DNA from: an uncultured Chlamydiae bacterium
Lineage (GTDB): Bacteria; Chlamydiota; Chlamydiia; Chlamydiales; Parachlamydiaceae
Assembly (NCBI GenBank): GCA_963754655.1
Contig: CAVWGN010000001.1
Span: 960,001-1,024,000, forward strand
Length of the DNA: 64,000 bases
Direction: 5' to 3'
The number at the start of each line of letters is the position of its first letter. Position 1 is the stretch's first letter. This document shows, one piece after another, positions 29,634 through 40,524 of this stretch. The notes beneath the pieces were generated by a model. It saw only the letters and a list, made by a program, of their open reading frames with translations. It had not been told where the DNA came from and did no database searches. Position numbers and translations under genes: made by a program.

Positions 29634-30376
29634 GTACTCCATTACATTAGTTTTGCGTATTTGGACTGCTTCAAAGCCCGGGGTTAGGGTGTTCATTTGT
29701 GCAAAAATGAGCTTTATTTTTCACAATAATTGGCATAGTTGAATTGAAGGTCGCATGTTTATGCCGTCCTTTCAGGACTCGATGTCTTTTTGATAGAACC
29801 CAGGCCTCCGCTTCGCTGCGACCTGGGCTGTAACATGACGGCCCTTCAGGCCTTAACAAAATTTGAATTGAAGGTCGCATGTTTATGCCGTCCTTTCAGG
29901 ACTCGATGTCTTTTTGATAGAACCCAGGCCTCCGCTTCGCTGCGACCTGGGCTGTAACATGACGGCCCTTCAGGCCTTAACAAAATTTGAATTGAAGGTC
30001 GCATGTTTATGCCGTCCTTTCAGGACTCGATGTCTTTTTGATAGAACCCAGGCCTCCGCTTCGCTGCGACCTGGGCTGTAACATGACGGCCCTTCAGGCC
30101 TTAACAAAAAGATGATTTAGGGACTATAGAAGAGGGACTTAAACATCTCTTGTTAAGGCCTGAAGGGCCGTCATGTTACAGCCCAGGTCGCAGCGAAGCG
30201 GAGGCCTGGGTTCTATCAAAAAGACATCGAGTCCTGAAAGGACGGCATAAACATGCGACCTTCAATTCAACTATGCCAATTATTGTGAAAAATAAAGCTC
30301 ATTTTTGCACAAAATGAACACCCTAACCCCGGGCTTTGAAGCAGTCCAAATACGTAAAACTAATGTAATGGAGTAC
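29634..30376. mobile_element. Shell B carrying element C with three tandem plus one inverted REP-like unit
   Basis: GTACTCCATTACATTAG...CTAATGTAATGGAGTAC ends with TA/TA; inner GTTAGGGTGTTCATT...AATGAACACCCTAAC. Confidence 0.9.
29739..30109. repeat. Three perfect tandem copies of a 124-bp REP-like unit
   Basis: Units start at 29739, 29863, 29987; inverted fourth copy ~30151-30270. Confidence 0.92.
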
Positions 30377-30483
30377 TAGAAGAAGGAACGCACAACTTTG
30401 GATGTTTCTTGCTGCGCTTTGACTGAACTTTGGATTTCAGATAGTATCACTCGGAATTAAATTAATGAATAAGAAGAGTCATC

Positions 30484-31434
30484 TTAGGATTTGGGAATCA
30501 ATATTACAAATTTTTTTGTTGCAAGAAAATCTATTGTTTGTCCAATAGCTTTATTAGAAGGTCCAAAGTCAAGTTCTTTAATTCCTTCCCCTTCTTCAAC
30601 AAAATCAAAGTGTTTATTGCCAGCTATAATAAACACTTTTTTATGTGTCTCTAATACATGTTGTATGGTTTCACACATTTTTTGATTTCTAATTGGAACT
30701 TCATTTATTATTTCTTGTAAACCTTGATATGCTTTATTTTTATAATATTTTTTTATACAGGGTGTACAAGATTTTATAAAAATAGCGGTACAACACCATG
30801 TACAAAAAAATGAAAATATTTTTGTTATCTGACAACAATTAGATAATTCATTATTTTCTAGGTCCTTATCCACTTTAGTTATTTTAGATAGAGTCAAAAA
30901 GTCACTTACTTTTGGTTTCTTATAAATCGTACTTGCTTTGACAAATTCATGGAGTTCTTTTCTGCGATTCTCATCAAATTCAATATCCCAGCCTTGAATT
31001 TTAATAGCCTTTTTTACATATTTTGCTTGTTCAGGTAGGATTTCGTTTTCATACAGAATCTTTGACTGTTCATTGTTTTCTTGGCTTGTTTCCTCAACTA
31101 AAAGAATGCTTTCATCTTCATAAAGCGTATCAACAATTTGTGCATTGATTTCTTTGTGTATTTCATTGTTATGACTTTCACCAAGGCAGATAATTTGCGC
31201 CTCGTCCAACTGATCCACGTTTGAAATCACAACTCTGTAGTTTTCCTTGACCAGTTGATTGATTTTTTCTCTTTGTATTTGCAAGCTGTTGCTTTCAATT
31301 GAAGTAGTGGGCTCTAGTTTCGAAAACTTTAAATTTATTGAGTGTAAACTTAATCTGGAAACTTGATTCATTATACTCCTATTTTGTAAATGGATATTAT
31401 TCTGATTTGTAATTGACACGATAATTCTTATCAA
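30484..31434 (-). CDS. Hypothetical protein (possible secreted effector; start may be 31371)
   Basis: 316-aa ORF with IICLGESH...LLVE...RNQKM...IIAGNKH pattern reminiscent of the TraB/PrgY/EreA-like fold; Ser-rich N-terminus. Confidence 0.6.
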   Translation of the reverse strand: MIRIIVSITNQNNIHLQNRSIMNQVSRLSLHSINLKFSKLEPTTSIESNSLQIQREKINQLVKENYRVVISNVDQLDEAQIICLGESHNNEIHKEINAQIVDTLYEDESILLVEETSQENNEQSKILYENEILPEQAKYVKKAIKIQGWDIEFDENRRKELHEFVKASTIYKKPKVSDFLTLSKITKVDKDLENNELSNCCQITKIFSFFCTWCCTAIFIKSCTPCIKKYYKNKAYQGLQEIINEVPIRNQKMCETIQHVLETHKKVFIIAGNKHFDFVEEGEGIKELDFGPSNKAIGQTIDFLATKKFVILIPKS

Positions 31435-31509
31435 CTACATTTTTCCCTTCACTTATTCTATTTTGCACAAAAAAAGTAGAATGACATTCCCAAGATTTTA
31501 AGGATAAAT

Positions 31510-32745
31510 ATGAAACTTCTATATACAACATTGCTTTGTTTTTTAGTTATCGGTTGCTTTGGCGATATATTTGCTTCGGAAGCCAAAATGGATTACTGGA
31601 ATATTCAGCGTAAGGGGGCTAATTTTTTTAACCAAAATCCCTCTCTTGCCTGGTTTGAAGCTGCTAAGCAGGTTGGAATAGAATTTGCTCGGTTAGCTCC
31701 AGACAAATGGAAATGCGAGCAACGGGATTTTTTAATAGGGAACGCTGATGAATTCGCAGAAATTTCCTTTAAAGACTACCAAATTTTAAAAGAGACATTG
31801 GATAATGCATACAATCACAACATTAAAATTGTGCTTACCCTGCTGTCATTACCAGGTTCTCGATGGAGACAAAATAACTATGGAAAAGATGATCTGCGCA
31901 TATGGCAACATGAAAAATATCAAAAGCAAGCAATCAAGTTTTGGAAAAATTTAGCCGAGCTATTAAAGGAACATCCCGCAATAGTGGGTTATAACATTTT
32001 AAATGAACCGCATCCCGAATTATTATCTAGAATTGGGGATTATAGGGAGGTTGATTTTCAAAATTGGTATCAATCTATTAGTGGTTCATTAGCAGATCTT
32101 AATCTCTTTTATCAAAAAATAGTAAAATCCATTCGAGAAGTTGATCAAGATACTCCTATTATTCAAGATACTCCTATTATTATAGATACTGGAATGTATT
32201 CAACTCCTTGGGCCATCGATTATCTACACCCTGTTAATGATAAGAGGATTCTCTATTCTTTTCATATGTACGAACCGTATATTTATACAAATCGAAAAAT
32301 TAATAATGGACGCTATGCTTATCCTGGCATTCTTCCCTTGAAACTTGAAGACGCAGAAAGCGACAATCAGTCAGAAGTAATCACTATTAATTGGGATAAA
32401 ACTGCTTTAAATGATTTCCTACAACCGATTTCCAAATGGCAAAAACAACACTGCATTCCTTCTTCTCAAATTTTGGTAGGAGAATTTGGCTGTGATCGAA
32501 CTGTTAACGGTGCTGAAGCCTATTTGACTCATCTTATTGAAATTTTCAACGCAAATAATTGGCATTGGGCCTTTTATTCATTCAGAGAGGATTGTTGGGA
32601 TAGTATGGATTATGAATTAGGCTCTGGGAAACTGAGTTGGAAGTATTGGGAAGCAAGTGAGAATGGAAAAAGCTTAGATGAATTTAGAACAGATAATTCT
32701 TTATTTGATGTGATTAAAATTCATTTAAAGCGTAAGTTTCTTTAA
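31510..32745 (+). CDS. Glycoside hydrolase family 5 (cellulase-like), secreted
   Basis: Signal peptide; GYNILNEP acid/base, YSFHMY, VGEFG nucleophile, WHWAFY. Confidence 0.88.
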   Translation: MKLLYTTLLCFLVIGCFGDIFASEAKMDYWNIQRKGANFFNQNPSLAWFEAAKQVGIEFARLAPDKWKCEQRDFLIGNADEFAEISFKDYQILKETLDNAYNHNIKIVLTLLSLPGSRWRQNNYGKDDLRIWQHEKYQKQAIKFWKNLAELLKEHPAIVGYNILNEPHPELLSRIGDYREVDFQNWYQSISGSLADLNLFYQKIVKSIREVDQDTPIIQDTPIIIDTGMYSTPWAIDYLHPVNDKRILYSFHMYEPYIYTNRKINNGRYAYPGILPLKLEDAESDNQSEVITINWDKTALNDFLQPISKWQKQHCIPSSQILVGEFGCDRTVNGAEAYLTHLIEIFNANNWHWAFYSFREDCWDSMDYELGSGKLSWKYWEASENGKSLDEFRTDNSLFDVIKIHLKRKFL

Positions 32746-32797
32746 TTGACTACATTTATTTGGCAAAATTTTATACTTCGTCACTTACTCGAATTTT

Positions 32798-33553
32798 TTA
32801 TATTTCAGACAACTTAAAATATATTTTTTCATCATCAGATGAGACAATCATATTAAACTTTTTTCCGTAAAAAGGATTAACGCCAACCTTAGTAGACGCC
32901 TCAACAATGCATTCGGTAACCATCGAATGGATGATATTGTCTAATTCTAAATTGATTAGGGTGGTAGGAGTAAACCATGATACGACAAGCCCATTGTCAA
33001 CCGATAAATAATTCGAGATATCTGTATATATGCCATCTGCATTTTGCATGCATAAAAACGAAGCAGAACATGTCCCTACTTTTTCATCTTGTTTGTTGTA
33101 AATTGATGCTCTTCCTGCTAAATATTTAGAGGATATGGTCGAACTGTCAGCTGAAAGATTAGATGTTGGTATTTCAATAAAACTATTTATAAAATCTTCT
33201 GTATATAAATAATATGATAACTTTTTATGTTTTTGGCGTAGTTTTACCCGGGATTTATCGTTTTCTTTTATGATGTTCAGATTGATCGCTCCATTCTCTA
33301 TTACTTCAGTACTTGTATTTATGCTACCACCAGATGGAAGACAATGATCACTATATATACACAATGGTGCACAGATGGGCAAAAAGAGAAAACACACACT
33401 TCTATACGCATTTTGTAAATTCAACATCACTTTCTCCTTAAATTTTGAATAAGCCTCTATCCCATCATATGCTGAAATTTGAACGGACTCGATACTAAAA
33501 CCTCTATAATTAAATTTTGCATTTATTTTCAATATTTTATTTTCTGAGGTCAA
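32798..33553 (-). CDS. Hypothetical protein (start uncertain)
   Basis: 251-aa ORF with internal signal-like segment; no recognised family. Confidence 0.55.
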   Translation of the reverse strand: MTSENKILKINAKFNYRGFSIESVQISAYDGIEAYSKFKEKVMLNLQNAYRSVCFLFLPICAPLCIYSDHCLPSGGSINTSTEVIENGAINLNIIKENDKSRVKLRQKHKKLSYYLYTEDFINSFIEIPTSNLSADSSTISSKYLAGRASIYNKQDEKVGTCSASFLCMQNADGIYTDISNYLSVDNGLVVSWFTPTTLINLELDNIIHSMVTECIVEASTKVGVNPFYGKKFNMIVSSDDEKIYFKLSEI

Positions 33554-33832
33554 TAAAAGAAATTAGAAAAAGATATTCAAAAGCTAAAATCTGGCTAAGC
33601 GACGCCTTCAGTCGCCGCGCCGCTTAACCTAAAATCCTCTCTTGTAATGGAGTACTCAAAAAAGGATGGGTAGGGAAATCAGAAAAAGGGCAATGTCCTC
33701 CCTAAAGTAATGGCTAATCAATGAATCAAGAATGATTGAAACAAATTTTATAAAATATAGAAAATGAAGATAGGATAAATAAACTCCTATTCGACAGAAC
33801 ATGAATTTACAAGAGAAAATCTAGCAATTGAT

Positions 33833-34849
33833 ATGATGATGAATTTTCGGACACCTTCAAAATTAGACCACCTTAAAAATTGTTTAGCAGCGATTCCCCA
33901 AGCTTGTTATCCCATGCATTCTCGGGTGCATTCTTTGCGTTCTTTTTCTTTTCCATCTGTTCAATGTTATGTGAAGAGAGATGATGAATTGGGATTTGGG
34001 ATTTCAGGATCCAAAATCCGCAAATATCGATCGTTGATCCCCTTTCTTTCAACTAATAAAATCCAAGAAGTCATTATCATTGGAAGTGCTTATTCTAATC
34101 ACGTCTTAAGCTTAATTCAATTATTGATTGAAAATGGATTTCTTCCGACATTATTTTTAAGAGGTGATCCAAATCGACCTCTGAAAGGCAATTCTCTTCT
34201 CATTTCTCTCTTTATTTCTCCTTCCTCCATCCATTGGTTTTCAAAATCTGAATGGAAAAATGTGGAATTGGAAGCAGATGCCTATGCCCGGAAAAAACAA
34301 CATGCCACATTTGTTCTACCTGAAGGAGGATTTTGCTCAGAAGCTTTGCCTGGCGCTTTAACTATAGTCCTAGATTTGCTAGCAAACGAGCAGGAAAAAA
34401 AATGCACATTTGATCATATCTTCATAGAAGCAGGAACTGGCTTTACAGCAAGTGCATTGATGTTGGGCCTTCATTGGATCGAGCATCCTGCTTGTGTTCA
34501 TGTTATTCTACTTGCAGAAGATGAGCAGGCTTTTCTTGCAAGCTTAAAACTTTGCCATGAGATGTTTATTCAATTGATGGGATGTCCATTTTCTTTTCCT
34601 GAAAATTTTGTTCTTCATTATCCGCAAAAGGTAAAAGGTTTTGGTAAAATCAATTCCTTACTATTTAAAAGCATTGCTCATCTTGCCCGCCAAGAAGGCT
34701 TTTTAACAGATCCTATCTACTCTGCCAAGCTGTTTATTACAAGCAAGGAACTCTTGAGGCAAGAAAACATAAAAGGAAATGTGCTTATTCATCATTCTGG
34801 CGGTTCTTTAACTCTCATGGGATTTCAAGATGAACTGCAACACCTTTAG
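33833..34849 (+). CDS. PLP-dependent D-cysteine desulfhydrase / ACC deaminase family
   Basis: YVKRDDELGFGISGSKIRK, GSAYSNH, PEGG, AGTGFT, TDPIYSAK, HHSGG. Confidence 0.88.
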   Translation: MMMNFRTPSKLDHLKNCLAAIPQACYPMHSRVHSLRSFSFPSVQCYVKRDDELGFGISGSKIRKYRSLIPFLSTNKIQEVIIIGSAYSNHVLSLIQLLIENGFLPTLFLRGDPNRPLKGNSLLISLFISPSSIHWFSKSEWKNVELEADAYARKKQHATFVLPEGGFCSEALPGALTIVLDLLANEQEKKCTFDHIFIEAGTGFTASALMLGLHWIEHPACVHVILLAEDEQAFLASLKLCHEMFIQLMGCPFSFPENFVLHYPQKVKGFGKINSLLFKSIAHLARQEGFLTDPIYSAKLFITSKELLRQENIKGNVLIHHSGGSLTLMGFQDELQHL

Positions 34850-35042
34850 AAGCAAGCATGACCCATTTTTTTGGCTTATAGCGAAAAAAAATCAACAAAT
34901 AATCAATTCCTGAAATGAAAAATAAAGGTAGAAACTTTACGAATAGATCTAAGCCTCCTCTTGCAAAATTACCAGTGAAACTCCAAAGGTTAGGGGCCAA
35001 ATTTGCTGCAAGCAAATTGTCAGATGAGCTGCGCTGCTGATG

Positions 35043-36581
35043 TTATTGAGTATAGGTGCTTTGCTTATGCTTTTTTCGTAATATTTTTTGAGCGGTACGT
35101 TCCATTTGAAGACTTAAATTTACAAATTGAAGAACATGGTCATTTTGCTGAACAGCAGCCAAGACAATTTCTCGATCTTTTTTAAGAATTGCATCTGCAA
35201 ATATAAGCGCTGTGCCTCTTTGCTTAACGGCAGCCAGGACAATCTCTCGATCTTTTTTAAAGCTTTCATCTGCAAATATAAGAGCCGTACCTCTTTGCTG
35301 AACAGCAGCTAAAACAATCTCTCGATCTTTTTTAAGATTTTTATCTGTAAATATAAGAGCCGTTCCTCTTTGCTGAACGGCAGTCAGGACAATTTCTCGA
35401 TCTTTTTTAAGGCTTTCATCTGCATATTGAAGAGCTCCGCCATCTTGCTTAATGGCAGTCAAGACAATTTCCCGATATTTTTTAAGACTTCCATCTGCAA
35501 ATTGAAGAGCCCGGCCCTGTTGCTGAACTGCAGTCAAGACAATCTCTCGATCTTTTTTAAGGCTTTCATCTGCAAATTCAAGAACCAACCCATATTGCTT
35601 AACAGCAGTCAAGACAATCTCTCGATTTTTTTTAAGGCTTTCATCCGCACATTCAAGAACTAACGCATGTTGCTTAACAGCAGCCAGGACAATCTCTCGA
35701 TCTTTTTTAAGGCTTTCATCTGCAAAGTAAAGAGCCTTGCCATTTTGCTTAACTGCAGCTAAGACTATCTCTCGATCTTTTTTAAGGCTTTTATCTGCAA
35801 ACTGAAGAGACCTACCATCTTGCTGAACGGCAATCGAAATAATCTCTCGATCTTTCTTAAGACTGTCATGTATATAAAAAACAAAATCTCCAAAACAGCG
35901 AGCAACTTGAATAAAAATTTTATTATCATTAAAATCGGAAAAATTTTTTTTAAGTGTGGAAATGACAGATATTCTTGCCTGTTCCCATGCTTGACATCGA
36001 TTGCCATGGTAAAGTTTTTCGATAGAGTCATTTTTGATAATGGTTAATATTTGGTCGTCAGTGCCTGATGTAAGAGAATTTAAAATAAATAATTGCTCTT
36101 TAGCCACATCTTGGATGTTTTTATTGGCGCTGTCTTTGCAAACTTCGGGATCCCATAAAAAGTGATCTAGAAGAGAAAGAAATAAACTTTTTGAGTGGAA
36201 TAATTTTGAATCAACCATTAACAATTTTTCAAATTTTTTTCCACGGCGGCCTTGAAATCGATCGATCAATTGAAATTCCTGAGGTGTAAAACGCTTCTTT
36301 TGCTCAATTGTGAGACACTCTTGGGGGAACTTAATAGTGGATGGATGACTATTCTCAAGTTGAAAAAAAGTCTGCACTAATGAAATGCAAGGATTCTTCT
36401 CTAGAACGAGTTTCCATTTTTTACAGGTGAGTAGAAGAGAAGAAATGTCACGCAAAGGTTGACTTTGATTGACAATCTGATCAAAAACAATTCCTAAGAT
36501 CTCATTGGGAATTAATGCGTCTAAGAAAACTTCATCTGAATCGCTTTGCTTTTTTTGTGAATTAAGAAGGGTAATTTGCAT
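35043..36581 (-). CDS. F-box-like + DUF4116 repeat protein (putative effector)
   Basis: N-terminal LIPNEILGIVF...LLLTCKKWKLV; about ten 25-aa repeats ADESLKKDREIVLAAVKQ.G.AL.F. Confidence 0.85.
   Translation of the reverse strand: MQITLLNSQKKQSDSDEVFLDALIPNEILGIVFDQIVNQSQPLRDISSLLLTCKKWKLVLEKNPCISLVQTFFQLENSHPSTIKFPQECLTIEQKKRFTPQEFQLIDRFQGRRGKKFEKLLMVDSKLFHSKSLFLSLLDHFLWDPEVCKDSANKNIQDVAKEQLFILNSLTSGTDDQILTIIKNDSIEKLYHGNRCQAWEQARISVISTLKKNFSDFNDNKIFIQVARCFGDFVFYIHDSLKKDREIISIAVQQDGRSLQFADKSLKKDREIVLAAVKQNGKALYFADESLKKDREIVLAAVKQHALVLECADESLKKNREIVLTAVKQYGLVLEFADESLKKDREIVLTAVQQQGRALQFADGSLKKYREIVLTAIKQDGGALQYADESLKKDREIVLTAVQQRGTALIFTDKNLKKDREIVLAAVQQRGTALIFADESFKKDREIVLAAVKQRGTALIFADAILKKDREIVLAAVQQNDHVLQFVNLSLQMERTAQKILRKKHKQSTYTQ
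35130..35870 (-). repeat. 75-bp coding tandem repeats (DUF4116)
   Basis: Recurrent GACAATCTCTCGATCTTTTTTAAGGCTTTCATCTGC with 75-nt period. Confidence 0.88.
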
Positions 36582-36908
36582 ATAATTACTCTCTAAGTAA
36601 ATAGATTAGTCTACTTGTATTAAACCTATAATTTTAATTTTATTATTTTACAAGGCATTAAAGTTAATTTATTTTTCATTTGACTGATTTGGCGAGAATA
36701 TTTTGAAAAATATTTAAAGTTATTATTCATTCTATTATTCATAAAATGAATAGTAGCCTATAGGACTCATTCGTAATTGAAAGAAAATCAAGCTGATATT
36801 AAGTCGAAACTTTCTTCACCGAAAATCAAACCTAAGAAAAAGGCTTCCACTATGCCATCATGACTATCATCGACGTAAGCACTATCTGCGAATGCAACTA
36901 ACATAGAT

Positions 36909-37787
36909 TTATGAAAGACTAAAATGAATGAGATTCACCATTGGAGTTAAAGAGAGATCTTTTAATTTTATAAATTGGCAATTTTTAAACTTTTGAGTGA
37001 CGTTTTTGTAAATATCAGGACTATGTGTCTCTACAATCCAGTAAGGAACAGCTCGGATGAGAGAATGATCGACTTCGCAAAGATGTTTTTCTCCTCCTTC
37101 ACAATCCATTTTAACCACGTCTACAGCATGAGAGGCTAGAAGAGTAGTTAAAGCAATTCCATGGCATCTTACACTATGCTTTCCCTCTATCATTCCAAAA
37201 CCAGGAGAACCTATAGGGGTAAGAGAAGTCAATGTGAGCAGCCCATCTTTTTCTGCTATTGCTTTTTGATGAAGATCTATCTTATCCCAGCAAAGTCGTA
37301 AATTATAATGAAGTGCTTTTATATTCTCTAAAAGGGGTTCATATATCACTACTTTTTTAGCTCCTTTTTCTAAGAAATACAAAGCAGTATCCCCAACAAA
37401 TCCTCCGATATCTAAAACTATTTTTCCTTGCCAGTCATAGTCATAGTAAGAGTAAAATTCTCCTTTTAAATATTCTTCTTTTAAACCTTCAAATTGAATC
37501 AAATTTGCATGAATCTGCCGATGGTTAACTTCCCACAAATAGATGCCGTTTTCCATATGTTTTTTGCGATGTTTGAATGAATCCAAATAAAAGTTAATTT
37601 CGTGTATTCCTCCATTTTTGAATTCTGCAGCACAAGGTCTTTTATCTAGGCGTGCGGCCAAGGCAGATAAGAAGTAGGGTCGATTAACTTGCCTGGCAAG
37701 CCTCATCATTTCTCTGAGGCTTCCATATTTAATAAATTTTACTACATAAGGGATTATCTTTTTCCAACGTTGAGCCATATCTTGCAT
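36909..37787 (-). CDS. FkbM-family methyltransferase
   Basis: VLDIGGFVGDTA, VVIYEP, VKMDCEGGE. Confidence 0.85.
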   Translation of the reverse strand: MQDMAQRWKKIIPYVVKFIKYGSLREMMRLARQVNRPYFLSALAARLDKRPCAAEFKNGGIHEINFYLDSFKHRKKHMENGIYLWEVNHRQIHANLIQFEGLKEEYLKGEFYSYYDYDWQGKIVLDIGGFVGDTALYFLEKGAKKVVIYEPLLENIKALHYNLRLCWDKIDLHQKAIAEKDGLLTLTSLTPIGSPGFGMIEGKHSVRCHGIALTTLLASHAVDVVKMDCEGGEKHLCEVDHSLIRAVPYWIVETHSPDIYKNVTQKFKNCQFIKLKDLSLTPMVNLIHFSLS

Positions 37788-38172
37788 CTTCCCTAATCTA
37801 TATTTCTTCTAGTTGAATCCTGGAAAATTGTAGCTAGCGTAAAAAATTTCTCTAGTCATTCTTTTCACTTAACGCTAGGGATTTTAAAACCATCCTAATA
37901 AGCAAAAACTAATGTCACGGAGTACTACCGATGGCATTAATCATGAGACGTCATTCTCATCTACTATTCAGTTTCCAGCAAGCATATTATTACATTCATT
38001 ACATAATCGAGTCATTTAAGATAAACATGCCCAAAATGAAATGACTTTAAAACTACTGAAGTTTATGAAGGAAAATAGAGGAATCATTCAAAAATTTAGA
38101 TCGAGTGCAAGAGCTTGGTCATAAGATGATAGAAAAGTCAAACAATCCTTCTATGTTAAAGGACATAAATTT

Positions 38173-39384
38173 ATGAACTTTTTTGCAACTATTCTAAGTG
38201 TCCTTATGATGATTCCGTTATTTGCAGGAATACAAGAAGGGCATGAGACAAATCCCCAACCTAAACAAATTAGCGTAGAGAATGACTTACGGCCTAAAAT
38301 TTTCATTGCAAGCGATCAGAATCATAAGGCAAATATCCTGAAACGAATGAAGGATGACAAAGTACCCGGTGTTAGTTTAGCTATTATAAATAATGGACAA
38401 GTGGAATGGGCTCATGGATATGGAAATATCACAAATGATCAAAAAAGCGCTGCTATTGACGAACACACTTTGTTTCAAGCTGGCTCCATTAGTAAACCTA
38501 TTACTGCTTTTGGAGCCCTTATACTTGTTCAACAAGGTAAGGTTTCCTTGGATGATCATGTTAATTTGTATTTAAAAAGATGGAAAGTTTCTGAAAATGA
38601 GTTCACAAAAACGGAAAAAGTGACTCTTAGGCGTCTACTTTCACACACTGCAGGAACTAATGTCCATGGCTTCCCTGGCTATCCTGTGCAAGCTTCCATT
38701 CCGAAAATTGTTGAGATACTCGAAGGAAAAAAGCCTCTTGTCAATACCGATCCTGTCAGGGTAATTTCTAAACCTGGAACAGTGATGAAATATTCCGGGG
38801 GCGGAACAACAATTGTTCAACTGCTGATTGAAGATATTACAGGAGAAGATTTTGATGTTTGGATGCAAAACAATGTACTTAAACCATTAGGAATGTCTGA
38901 AAGCACCTTTACACAGCCACTGCCGCCATCTGATGTCCTTCATGCCGCCTATGGACATCATCATGGCACTGTTGTAAAGGGTAAATGGCATATTTACCCC
39001 GAGATGGCTGCTGCTGGATTATGGACTACTCCTAAAGATCTTGCTCAATTTATTGTATACATTCAAGCAGCTTTAAAAGGCGAAAGAATAAAACCTCTTC
39101 ATCCTGATTATGTTAAAGCAATGATCACTCGTCAAAAAATTGCCAACCAAGAGATTGATATGGGTTTGGGGCTCTTTCTTAAAAATCAAGGGGAAGATCT
39201 AGAATTTAGTCATGACGGGCAAGATGAAGGGTTTATCGCAAGTCTTTTGGGATATGCATTTCGCGGGCAGGGAATTGTGATTATGATGAACGACGATTCA
39301 GACTGGGCGTTGATGAAGGAAATCACCAATAGCGTGGCAAATACTTATCACTGGCAACATTATGAACCAATGATAAAAAAATAG
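38173..39384 (+). CDS. Serine hydrolase / class C beta-lactamase-like, secreted
   Basis: FQAGSISK (SxxK), LLSHTAG, YSGGG, AAAGLWTT, HDG. Confidence 0.88.
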   Translation: MNFFATILSVLMMIPLFAGIQEGHETNPQPKQISVENDLRPKIFIASDQNHKANILKRMKDDKVPGVSLAIINNGQVEWAHGYGNITNDQKSAAIDEHTLFQAGSISKPITAFGALILVQQGKVSLDDHVNLYLKRWKVSENEFTKTEKVTLRRLLSHTAGTNVHGFPGYPVQASIPKIVEILEGKKPLVNTDPVRVISKPGTVMKYSGGGTTIVQLLIEDITGEDFDVWMQNNVLKPLGMSESTFTQPLPPSDVLHAAYGHHHGTVVKGKWHIYPEMAAAGLWTTPKDLAQFIVYIQAALKGERIKPLHPDYVKAMITRQKIANQEIDMGLGLFLKNQGEDLEFSHDGQDEGFIASLLGYAFRGQGIVIMMNDDSDWALMKEITNSVANTYHWQHYEPMIKK

Positions 39385-39399
39385 AGTAGACGGACGTTT

Positions 39400-40089
39400 T
39401 TATGGATCGTAGTCGTGTTTAATGCATACAATTAAAATGAACAGAATAAGAATAGGTAATAGCAATGCCCATACATCAAAGTGGGGAGTGAGAATGCCTG
39501 ATGATAATGCTCCAATTAAGAAGGAGCTCCAAACCCTAGCCAGCATGGCTGCACGACGCCAATGGCTATCCCAGGATCCTTGGGCCATTAAAAGAGGAGT
39601 CTGCTTAATTCCCCATGCGATATGACTTGCTATTCGACTTAATGTGCCTGTCACAAATGTCAGACTCACTAATTGAGTTCCAACTTGATTGATCGCAGTA
39701 TTCATGATGCCCATTGCAAAACAGAGTATGGCAATATGGATAAAAGGATTTATCTCTCCAAGTTGGGTCATGACAATAATCAAGCTGAGTAGAGATGCTA
39801 TGATTCCGAATATTTTTCTTCGCGATTGATATTGATCAGATGATGAAATCAGGGTCCCTACAGCGACTCCAATAACAAATAAGAGAATGGCTGTAAGGAA
39901 AGGCATGGCATCTGCAAATTTTCCTTCCCCCATCTTATAACCGCTCTGAGTGGTATTGCCACTCATGAATGAGAGATAGGTTGCATAGGTCATATAGCCG
40001 TAGGCATCCACATAGCCGGCAATGAAGGTCAAAGTAATAGCTAGCCTTTCCTGTGCCTTTACAGAAGCTAATAGTGAAAAGTTCATCAT
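39400..40089 (-). CDS. YoaK/DUF1275 membrane protein
   Basis: AGYVDAYG..SFMSGNTT, AMGIMN, TFVTGTL. Confidence 0.88.
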   Translation of the reverse strand: MMNFSLLASVKAQERLAITLTFIAGYVDAYGYMTYATYLSFMSGNTTQSGYKMGEGKFADAMPFLTAILLFVIGVAVGTLISSSDQYQSRRKIFGIIASLLSLIIVMTQLGEINPFIHIAILCFAMGIMNTAINQVGTQLVSLTFVTGTLSRIASHIAWGIKQTPLLMAQGSWDSHWRRAAMLARVWSSFLIGALSSGILTPHFDVWALLLPILILFILIVCIKHDYDP

Positions 40090-40524
40090 GCAGTCAGCAT
40101 AAATAGATGTGCTTCAATATCATTATAATTTTTTTTATTATAAAATTTAGGACATTGAAAAATCAACATGATTAAATTTTTTTAGATTTTTGAATATCTA
40201 AATCTAGAAATTTAACTAAGTTCATATAATAAAGCACTTTCATTATATGGATAGGAAGTGCCGGAACATATTTTAGAGGGTCACAATTTCTGAGAACAAA
40301 GTTAGGTCTATAACATTCAATTGAAATAGGCATGCGGCAATCTCGTTTAATCATAGAGATTGCCACATGTTTTTTAAGATAAAAAAGCTTCATCTTCCTG
40401 GTCATGAACGTTAATTGTCCAGAAATGATCTCAAAATTTGAGGTGCCTCTTTCTTCTAACCAATCGCCATAAATAAGCTGTCCGTTTGCATCTCCTGTAT
40501 CAAAGATTTCATGGTTGAGTCATC

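Noticed and set aside
29739..30109. Possible CRISPR array
   Set aside because: The 124-bp units are identical with no unique spacers, and there are no cas genes in the window.
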